Shown here: piece by piece, positions 1-5,550 of the stretch
Layout of the letters: each line of letters starts with the position of its first letter
How positions within the stretch are numbered: position 1 is the stretch's first letter
From: Candidatus Wukongarchaeum yapensis
GTDB taxonomy: Archaea; Asgardarchaeota; Wukongarchaeia; Wukongarchaeales; Wukongarchaeaceae
NCBI GenBank assembly: GCA_016840425.1
Contig: JAEOSI010000157.1
Span: 1 to 5,550 of the forward strand
DNA: 5,550 nt
Direction of reading: 5' to 3'
Notes under the pieces: model-generated
The model's input: the letters and a program-made list of their open reading frames with translations, nothing else
What the model was told of the DNA's origin: nothing
Databases searched by the model: none
Position numbers and translations under genes: made by a program

Positions 1-2
1 GC

Positions 3-65
3 TATGCACTAGCAGCTTTTGTGTTAACAGACTTTGCAAAAGTCCGTTTTTACAAGATATTATAG
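3..65 (+). CDS. 3' end (partial) of a probable plasma-membrane proton-efflux P-type ATPase
   Basis: Frame 3 reads YALAAFVLTDFAKVRFYKIL* with TAG at 63-65. This resembles the last-TM/C-terminal pattern W-x-Y-A-L-x-x-F-x-x-x-D-x-x-K-x-x-x-Y that I recall from prokaryotic PMA1-like (P3A) ATPases. Only 20 residues are visible. Confidence 0.5.
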   Translation, partial: YALAAFVLTDFAKVRFYKIL

Positions 66-120
66 CGCAGCAGCTAAGATCTCATAAAATGGAGAAAAAC
101 AGGTTAATAGAGCAACTAAC

Positions 121-128
121 GAGTTGAT
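121..128 (+). promoter_or_regulatory. Probable ribosome-binding site (GAGTTGAT) for ATG at 136
   Basis: One mismatch from the GAGGTGAT site at 3500-3507, and 7 nt upstream of ATG 136-138. Confidence 0.4.
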
Positions 129-170
129 GTTCAAAATGAAAAATCTATAGGTTATTGGTCGGTTGTTGCA

Positions 171-1448
171 ATGGGGATTGGGGGGATGGTTGGTGGTGGT
201 ATTTTTGCTGTTCTTGGTCTTGCTGTTGAACTTGCAGGGGGAGGTACAGCGATAGCTTTTGCAATAGCGGGGATAGTTGCTCTTATCACGTCCTATTCTT
301 ATGCAAAGCTTTCTGTTGCTTATCCCAGCCAAGGTGGGACGGTTGAATTTCTAAACAAAGCATTTGGCAAAGGAGTTTTTACAAGGGGATTTAACATTCT
401 TCTCTGGTTAAGTTATATCGTTATGCTTGCCCTTTACGCCTACGCTTTTGGGAGTTACGGCGCAAGCTTTTTTCCTAAAAGCACGCAAACATTCTGGAAA
501 CACTTATTGATAAGTCTCATCATCATTTCTATTACATGGCTTAACGCTTTGAGTGTTGGTACCATCGGAAAGACAGAAAGATGGATTGTTGCTTTTAAGG
601 TTGCCATCCTCCTCTTTTTTATAGGGGTAGGTTTCTGGAGCATAAATGCAAGTCGCTTTGGTCCAACAACTTGGACTTCCCCTGTAAAATTAGTTGCGGG
701 TGGGATGATTATTTTCTTAGCCTACGAAGGGTTTGAGCTTATTGCAAACACAGCAAAGGATGTGAAAAACCCGCGAAAAACGCTTCCTCGTGCATATTAT
801 ACAGCAGTTACATTTGTCATTCTTCTGTATATCCTTGTTGCCTTAGTTACCGTGGGAAGTCTGCCCTTAAGTCAGATTGTAGGAGCTAGAGATTACGCAC
901 TTGCAGAAGCTGCTAAACCTTCTATGGGGAGTTTTGGTTTCACTCTTATTGCTATAGCAGCTCTTCTTTCCACTGCTTCTGCCATAAACGCTACGTTTTA
1001 TGGCGCTTCTCGCGTCAGTTACAACATTGCTAAAGATGGAGAATTGCCCGAACTATTAGAGAAAAAAGTTTGGAACAAACCTATTGAAGGATTATTGATT
1101 ACTAGCGTTTTTACTCTCTTTATCGCGAATTTTTCTAATCTTTCCACCATTTCTACCATGGGTAGTGCAGGATTTCTGCTTATTTTTGCAGCGGTCAATG
1201 CGGCAAATGCTCGCATGCATAAAGGCACAGAAAGTCGTAGATGGATTTCAGTGTTTGGTATTTTTGCTTGTCTTGGCGCCCTTGTTGCCTTGATCTGGCA
1301 AACTTTAACGACGAATCCGAAAGAAATATTGATACTGATTATTATGCTTGTATTAGCTTTCGCCATGGAAGTGGTATATCGTAATCGTACGGGTAGAGTA
1401 ATACTACCATTATCCCCAAGAGCCATCCACACCGAAGAAAGAAGATAA
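171..1448 (+). CDS. APC-superfamily amino acid permease; the original start is probably 136, now out of frame by 1 nt
   Basis: 425 aa, very hydrophobic, with roughly 11-12 TM segments. APC motifs: TM1 GGMVGGGIF, SYSYAKLSVAYPSQGG, TM6 FLAYEGFELIANTAKDVKNP, SAINATFYGASRVSYNIAKDGELP. In-frame homology-like sequence (KSIGYWSVVA) extends upstream of ATG171 with no in-frame ATG/GTG/TTG. Confidence 0.92.
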   Translation: MGIGGMVGGGIFAVLGLAVELAGGGTAIAFAIAGIVALITSYSYAKLSVAYPSQGGTVEFLNKAFGKGVFTRGFNILLWLSYIVMLALYAYAFGSYGASFFPKSTQTFWKHLLISLIIISITWLNALSVGTIGKTERWIVAFKVAILLFFIGVGFWSINASRFGPTTWTSPVKLVAGGMIIFLAYEGFELIANTAKDVKNPRKTLPRAYYTAVTFVILLYILVALVTVGSLPLSQIVGARDYALAEAAKPSMGSFGFTLIAIAALLSTASAINATFYGASRVSYNIAKDGELPELLEKKVWNKPIEGLLITSVFTLFIANFSNLSTISTMGSAGFLLIFAAVNAANARMHKGTESRRWISVFGIFACLGALVALIWQTLTTNPKEILILIIMLVLAFAMEVVYRNRTGRVILPLSPRAIHTEERR

Positions 1449-1584
1449 TTAATTCTGGTTAACAAAGTGCTTTGCAGTTAACTAAGCTCTTAAAAAGGAG
1501 AAAGATGATTGTTAAAGTTGAAAAAAGCAAGGGTTTATGAGGCTTTAAAGAAAGAAGAAAACTAGAAAACTAAACAGGTTTTGC

Positions 1585-1598
1585 AATAAGTTTTATAA
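1585..1598 (+). promoter_or_regulatory. Candidate archaeal BRE/TATA promoter of the LLM oxidoreductase gene
   Basis: A purine-rich AATAAG is followed by TTTTATAA (1591-1598), about 33 nt upstream of ATG1631. A GGTGAT RBS-like motif lies at 1617-1622. Confidence 0.4.
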
Positions 1599-1630
1599 GT
1601 TGAATAACCATGTAGCGGTGATTAAGGGCC

Positions 1631-2620
1631 ATGAAAGTGGAGTTTGGATTTCGAGCGGTAACTGAAGAGTATCCCCCCGATCAACTCATTGAACAGATAA
1701 TAGTGGCTGAAAATGCGGGATTTGACTTTATCACAGCAAGTGATCATTTCCACCCTTGGTTTCATGTTAATGCTCAAGCACCACAGGCTTGGATTGTACT
1801 GGCAGCTGCAGCATCCATAACCAAAAAAGTAGAGTTGGGTACCGGAGTTACATCCCCTTTCTCGAGATACCACCCTGCTATAGTAGCTCAATCCTTCGCA
1901 ACCCTTCAATGTCTAGCGGGTGAGAGAATATTCCTAACAGTGGGAACTGGTGAAGCTATGAATGAGATTCCACTTGGCTTACCATGGTTTTCTTATAAAA
2001 AAAGGGCTCAGCAACTAAGAGAAGCGATTGAAATTATAAAGAGGCTTTGGAATGAAGAATTTGTAACATTTGAAGGTGAATTCTTTACACTTAAGAACGC
2101 AAACCTCTATACAAAATCGAAAATTCCACCGAAACTTTATTTGGCTGCAAGTGGACCAAAGTCCGCCCGAACAGCTGGTAAGATAACGGATGGAATCTAT
2201 ACCTTCCCAGCTTCAAAGGAACACTATTTGGAGAAATTATTCCCCGCCTTCGAAGAGGGTGTGAAAGAATCCGGTAAAAGTGTTGAAGTAGTTGATAAAG
2301 GAATAGAATTTCTTATATCTTATGACCCAGATTATGATAAAGCGTTGAAGCAGATCGCACATTGGAGGAGTACCCTCCTCACACATGTTCTTGAGAGTGA
2401 AGAACATGATCCAAGGATTCTTCAAGCCGAAGGAGAGAAGATTCCTATAGAAGAGTTGACTAAAAGGTGGCTTATCTGTACAAACATCGAAGACTGTCTA
2501 CCTAAGTTAGAGGAATACATTAAGCTAGGTTTTACAAGAATTGAAATCCATAGCAGAACAGCAGATCAGAAAGCCTTTGCCAAGAATTTCACACAAAATT
2601 TGGAATATTTAAAAGAGTAA
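1631..2620 (+). CDS. F420-dependent LLM-class oxidoreductase, Fgd/Adf (TIGR03557-like) clade
   Basis: 329 aa. Motifs SDHFHPW (catalytic His; DHFHPW at 1742-1759), GTGVTSP, RYHPAIVAQSFATL, GTGEAMNE (catalytic Glu), AASGPKSARTAG and SYDPDYDKA are typical of F420-dependent G6P and secondary-alcohol dehydrogenases. Confidence 0.9.
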   Translation: MKVEFGFRAVTEEYPPDQLIEQIIVAENAGFDFITASDHFHPWFHVNAQAPQAWIVLAAAASITKKVELGTGVTSPFSRYHPAIVAQSFATLQCLAGERIFLTVGTGEAMNEIPLGLPWFSYKKRAQQLREAIEIIKRLWNEEFVTFEGEFFTLKNANLYTKSKIPPKLYLAASGPKSARTAGKITDGIYTFPASKEHYLEKLFPAFEEGVKESGKSVEVVDKGIEFLISYDPDYDKALKQIAHWRSTLLTHVLESEEHDPRILQAEGEKIPIEELTKRWLICTNIEDCLPKLEEYIKLGFTRIEIHSRTADQKAFAKNFTQNLEYLKE

Positions 2621-2666
2621 ATTCACTAAGAGCAGTAGCAACTATGAATTGAAACACAGCCCGAAG

Positions 2667-2672
2667 TTTTTT
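2667..2672 (+). terminator. Candidate archaeal oligo-T terminator after the LLM gene
   Basis: T6 run 46 nt after stop 2620, followed by an AT-rich intergenic region. Sequence pattern only. Confidence 0.25.
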
Positions 2673-2825
2673 GTGTAACTAACTATCAAAATTATAGTTG
2701 CAAAATCTCTTTGAATCATATCATTGTATAATCTAAAAAATTAAAGTAGTCAAAGTTAATGACACGTTTTTAAATTATGATTTAATCTCCGAAGTCTACT
2801 ATAAATGACCAACATATTACACTGT

Positions 2826-2832
2826 GGAGGTG
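2826..2832 (+). promoter_or_regulatory. Ribosome-binding site GGAGGTG
   Basis: Near-perfect anti-SD complement 6 nt upstream of in-frame TTG 2839-2841. It overlaps the GTG at 2824 that the ORF track uses as start. Confidence 0.6.
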
Positions 2833-2838
2833 TTTAAG

Positions 2839-3501
2839 TTGATAATTAAGACTGGTAGGGCCATAGATCTCACGCATATGATCGGAGTTGGAATGACCGT
2901 ATACGTTGGAGATACAGAGCCTAAGATCGAGAGGGTTAAAGAGCTAGCCAAGGATGGCGTGAACCTCAGCAAGATTCAGATAGGTTCTCACACTGGAACC
3001 CATGTGAATGCACCTATTCATTTCATCGAGAAAGGTGTTGGTGTGGGTGAACTGCCGGTAGAGCAATTTATAGGAGAAGCAGTGGTTCTCGACTTATCCC
3101 ATAAGCCTCCAGGCTCGGCCATCTCCAGAGATGATCTTAATCGGTATGGTGATTTTGTGAAGAAAGACGATATAGTCCTTCTTTTTACCGGGATGAGCCT
3201 ACACTGGGATGAAGAATGGGCCCGTACTAACTACACCTATCTTAGCGATGACGGAGCTGAATGGCTCGTAAAGAAGGGTGTTAAAGTTGTTGGGATAGAC
3301 TTTTTGAGTGTCGAGAAGTTCGGGGCTAAAGAACCTAAAACGCATAGGATTCTGCTAGGGAATGGTGTTGCAATAATTGAGTCCATCAGTAGTGAGTTAA
3401 GGCATCTTATTGGTAAGAGAATTCTTCTTATCTGCTTACCAATAAAGATTAAGGGCTCTGATGGCGCTCCGGCTAGAGCTATTGCATATCCTCTTGAATG
3501 A
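2839..3501 (+). CDS. Cyclase family (kynurenine formamidase KynB / isatin hydrolase-like) metal-dependent hydrolase with a variant metal motif
   Basis: Motifs IDLTH..GMTVYVGD, HTGTHVNAPIHF (canonical HxGTHxDxPxH), GDIV-like DDIVLLFTG, GIDFLSVE, HRILLGNGVAIIE and GSDGAPARAIA. The start is moved from GTG2824 to TTG2839 because of the RBS position, giving 220 aa. Confidence 0.9.
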   Translation: MIIKTGRAIDLTHMIGVGMTVYVGDTEPKIERVKELAKDGVNLSKIQIGSHTGTHVNAPIHFIEKGVGVGELPVEQFIGEAVVLDLSHKPPGSAISRDDLNRYGDFVKKDDIVLLFTGMSLHWDEEWARTNYTYLSDDGAEWLVKKGVKVVGIDFLSVEKFGAKEPKTHRILLGNGVAIIESISSELRHLIGKRILLICLPIKIKGSDGAPARAIAYPLE

Positions 3502-3506
3502 GGTGA
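3500..3506 (+). promoter_or_regulatory. Ribosome-binding site GAGGTGA overlapping the cyclase stop codon
   Basis: TGA 3499-3501 overlaps GAGGTGA, which lies 7 nt before ATG3514. This indicates an operon with probable translational coupling. Confidence 0.65.
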
Positions 3507-3513
3507 TTAATGA

Positions 3514-4401
3514 ATGACTAAATCTATGCTTAAAGGCTTGATAATTCCTATGCTTACCCCCCTCGATGCTGAGGGAAGGCTCGATATTGATGCACTTAAT
3601 AGTCATGTAGACTTTTTGATAGAGGGAGGAGCGCATGGACTCTTTCCGCTAGGCACTGCAGGAGAATTCGCACTTCTATCAAAGGATGAGAGGCTTAGGG
3701 TTATAGAGGTTGTTGTAGATAGAGCAGATGGAAGGGTTCCCGTATACGCTGGTGTTGCCGATCCTAGCACAAATAATGCTATAGAATATGCGAAGGCTGC
3801 CAAGGATTTTGGAGCGGATGCCGTAGTAGCTACTTCGCCCTATTACTATAAGACTAATGAAGATGGCCTCCTAAACCACTTTAGATCTATAGCAGAGGAG
3901 ACTGAGATTTACTTAATCATTTATAATATTCCTTACTGGACCTATCAGTCCATACCCCTTTCCGTGGCTGAAAAACTGGCTGAGACTGATCTCATAATAG
4001 GTATGAAGTACACTACCAACGACTTAAATTCATTCCAAAAATATGTCAGAGCGCTTGGGAATAAGCTTTCTATGCTCATAGGCGCTGATTCACTATTCTA
4101 CTCAGCCCTTGAGTTCGGAGCTGACGGAGCTGTGGTCGGTGGTGCGAATGTAGCCCCGAACATCTTCGCCGAGATCTATAACGCCCATATAAGGGGCGAT
4201 AGAGAGGCATCAATTAAGGCTCAGAAGAGGGTTCTGCCTATTGCAGATATTATGGAGCTAGGAACATTCCCCTCATCCCTTAAAGAGGCCATGGCAGTTA
4301 TAGGAAAGCCTCTTGGAGGAGTTAGGAGGCCTCTTACATCCTTATCTGCTTCAGACAAGATCAAAGTTGCTGAATCTTTGAGATCTATAGGCCTAATTTA
4401 A
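3514..4401 (+). CDS. DHDPS/NAL-family class I aldolase (DapA-like, probably not a true DapA)
   Basis: 295 aa TIM-barrel family. Motifs PMLTP, GTAGE (3652-3666), SPYYY, YNIP (Tyr137), Schiff-base Lys165 in IGMKYT (4006-4008), GAD, GAVVGGANVAP and G.VRRPL. Confidence 0.9.
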   Translation: MTKSMLKGLIIPMLTPLDAEGRLDIDALNSHVDFLIEGGAHGLFPLGTAGEFALLSKDERLRVIEVVVDRADGRVPVYAGVADPSTNNAIEYAKAAKDFGADAVVATSPYYYKTNEDGLLNHFRSIAEETEIYLIIYNIPYWTYQSIPLSVAEKLAETDLIIGMKYTTNDLNSFQKYVRALGNKLSMLIGADSLFYSALEFGADGAVVGGANVAPNIFAEIYNAHIRGDREASIKAQKRVLPIADIMELGTFPSSLKEAMAVIGKPLGGVRRPLTSLSASDKIKVAESLRSIGLI

Positions 4402-4421
4402 AGATAAAAAATGCTATTTCG

Positions 4422-4622
4422 AAGGACTACGAAGGATGGAAGAAGAGGACGGAGTACAGCATGAGACGCATCGTGGAATGCATCTTCTCAGGACTGAAGA
4501 GAAGGCAGGGAGAACACCTAGCAAGTAGAAGAGAAGACCAGAGAAAGAAGAAAGTATGGCTCAAAATAATCCTATGAAACATCACAGTATACCACAACAA
4601 AAACAAGGAGAAAAGCAAATGA
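4422..4622 (+). mobile_element. Degenerate 3' fragment of an IS5/IS4-superfamily DDE transposase
   Basis: Reads KDYEGWKKRTEYSMRRIVECIFSGLKRRQGEHLASRREDQRKKKVWLKIIL*NITVYHNKNKEKSK*. It contains an exact Y-(2)-R-(3)-E-(6)-K signature at 4455-4499, an internal TGA at 4575-4577 and a terminal TGA at 4620-4622. The N-terminal part, with the two catalytic Asp residues, is absent. Confidence 0.8.
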
Positions 4623-4642
4623 AAAAAATTCCCAAAGCACCT

Positions 4643-4658
4643 CAAAAGCTTTTATAAT
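4643..4658 (+). promoter_or_regulatory. Candidate archaeal BRE/TATA promoter upstream of the CARF gene
   Basis: CAAAAGCT followed by TTTATAAT (4651-4658) in a very AT-rich stretch. An alternative TATA (TTTAAAAA) lies at 4681-4688, and a GGGGT RBS-like motif at 4721-4725. Confidence 0.35.
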
Positions 4659-4730
4659 AAAATAAAAATCATTAAATAGATTTAAAAAAATCGCTTTAAG
4701 ACATAAAAGAAGTGTTTTTAGGGGTTTTTT

Positions 4731-5550
4731 ATGGTTTCTTTGGTTGGTGTTGTTGGAACGGATAAGTGGAATGAGGTGACTTATGTTTATAAGGGTAGAA
4801 GTTATGAGTCAGATTTCGCTACTTATGCACTTTATAAATTGGTAGGAGAAGGTGAGATCAGGTTCGATAAAGTAGTTCTTTTTGGAACTGAAGAGTCTAA
4901 CTGGGAGATTGTGCGACGCGATTTTGGGGAGAAATTTATTAAGGTAATCATTCCTGAAGGAAGAAATGAGGAAGAGATTAAGGAGATCACGAGAATTTTC
5001 TTTGAAAATATTCCTGAAGGAGAAATAGTTCTGGATTTAACCCATGGTCATCGCCATCACCCAATTCTTCTCCTTTTGATCTCTTCTTATTTAGACCTTA
5101 TAGGCCGCTCAAAGATCGTTCATACCTACTACGCGATGCTTCCTTCTGGGGAAACTCGGGCAGAAGTCTTCGATTTATCTCTCTATTTAACGATTTTTGA
5201 AACCTTTTTCGGGTTAGAAATTTTTAGAACCACTTTTTACAGTCACAAGCTTGAAGAAGTGGAAGAAGAATTAGAAGAAAAGGTAAAAAATTTTAAGGAA
5301 AAACAAGCTTTAAGCGAAGTAAGAAAAGTCTTTCGCGGGATTATAGGCTTGAGTGAGAGCTTAAAAATAAACTATGCAAAACAAGCAATAGAAAAGTCTG
5401 AAACCCTACTAAAACACGCCGAAAAAGTTAAAGAAATCGTGGAAGAAAAATTCCCATACTTCTCCCCATCCTTAAACCTATACCTAGAAGAAGTTTCGAA
5501 AATTGAAAGACTCAACGGGAAATCTTTATGGTACTCCTTACTCGAATTTT
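4731..5550 (+). CDS. csx1: CRISPR-associated CARF protein, Csx1/TM1812 (DxTHG) family; 5' part only, runs off the window
   Basis: The frame from ATG4731 is open to the end of the window (273 codons), starting MVSLVGVVGTDKWNEVTYVYKGRSYESDFATYALYKL. It shows the beta1-G loop with W..V.Y, then LFGTEESNW, IIPEGRNEEEI, VLDLTHGHRHHP (DxTHG motif at 5034-5063) and AEVFDLS, followed by a helical region. The C-terminal effector domain is outside the window. Confidence 0.85.
   Translation, partial: MVSLVGVVGTDKWNEVTYVYKGRSYESDFATYALYKLVGEGEIRFDKVVLFGTEESNWEIVRRDFGEKFIKVIIPEGRNEEEIKEITRIFFENIPEGEIVLDLTHGHRHHPILLLLISSYLDLIGRSKIVHTYYAMLPSGETRAEVFDLSLYLTIFETFFGLEIFRTTFYSHKLEEVEEELEEKVKNFKEKQALSEVRKVFRGIIGLSESLKINYAKQAIEKSETLLKHAEKVKEIVEEKFPYFSPSLNLYLEEVSKIERLNGKSLWYSLLEF

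Noticed and set aside
30-44. Palindrome GACTTT-GCA-AAAGTC resembling an IS end or operator
   Set aside because: It is a single short copy inside the plausible ATPase coding tail (D-F-A-K-V), with no partner repeat.
89-127. Short ORF MEKNRLIEQLTS*
   Set aside because: Only 12 codons, with no clear RBS or homology signal. Its frame is open from the window start but reads less protein-like than frame 3.
1458-1482. Imperfect inverted repeat GTTAACAAAG-TG-CTTTGCAGTTAAC after the permease
   Set aside because: The 2-nt loop and bulge make a poor hairpin, and there is no T-tract. It could be an operator, but nothing supports that.
2626-2662. GAATTGAAAC resembling the 3' end of archaeal CRISPR repeats; TTGAAACACAGCC resembling an IS903-type terminal repeat
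   Set aside because: It is a single copy with no repeat-spacer periodicity and no repeat-like 5' part, and no matching opposite IS end is present. It is plausible by chance in AT-rich DNA.
2681-2699. Inverted repeat AACTAT-N7-ATAGTT upstream of the cyclase gene
   Set aside because: The 6-bp arms in very AT-rich DNA occur once, and there is no regulator gene in the window.
2824-2838. GTG2824 as the cyclase start
   Set aside because: It overlaps a strong GGAGGTG RBS that is properly spaced for TTG2839.
3514-4401. Assigning the symbol dapA, and likewise fgd, adf or kynB to the neighbouring genes
   Set aside because: Specificity residues deviate in each case, so only family-level calls are supported.
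60-4645. Minus-strand ORFs 60-332, 455-643, 1019-1465, 1622-1909, 2237-2425, 3436-3636, 3603-3803 and 4427-4645
   Set aside because: Each lies antisense to a well-supported + strand gene or to the transposase fragment, and none has a recognisable motif. The hydrophobic look of 4427-4645 simply mirrors the A/G-rich transposase strand.
4950-5021. Direct repeat ATTCCTGAAGGA at 4950-4961 and 5010-5021
   Set aside because: Both copies are in frame and encode IPEG within the CARF domain. Two 12-nt copies inside a CDS are not a CRISPR array.

Overview
This AT-rich window is probably archaeal, judging by the GAGGTGA/GGTGAT ribosome-binding sites, TATA-like boxes and an F420-type enzyme. Every credible gene is on the + strand. 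In order, it holds: (1) the last 20 codons of a probable plasma-membrane H+-type P-type ATPase; (2) an APC amino-acid permease whose natural start appears cut off by a 1-nt slip in an A-run; (3) an F420-dependent LLM oxidoreductase of the Fgd/Adf clade that lacks the G6P phosphate-binding lysines; (4) a tightly coupled pair of a cyclase/kynurenine-formamidase-family metallohydrolase (Asp->Asn change in the metal motif) and a non-canonical DHDPS/NAL-family class I aldolase; (5) an eroded 3' fragment of an IS5/IS4-type DDE transposase; (6) the first 273 codons of a Csx1/TM1812-like CARF (DxTHG) CRISPR-associated protein that runs off the right edge. Items 1, 5 and 6 are missing from the ORF track. 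I see no CRISPR array and no RNA gene. The minus-strand ORFs look like shadow frames. All family assignments come from motif recognition by eye, with no database searches.
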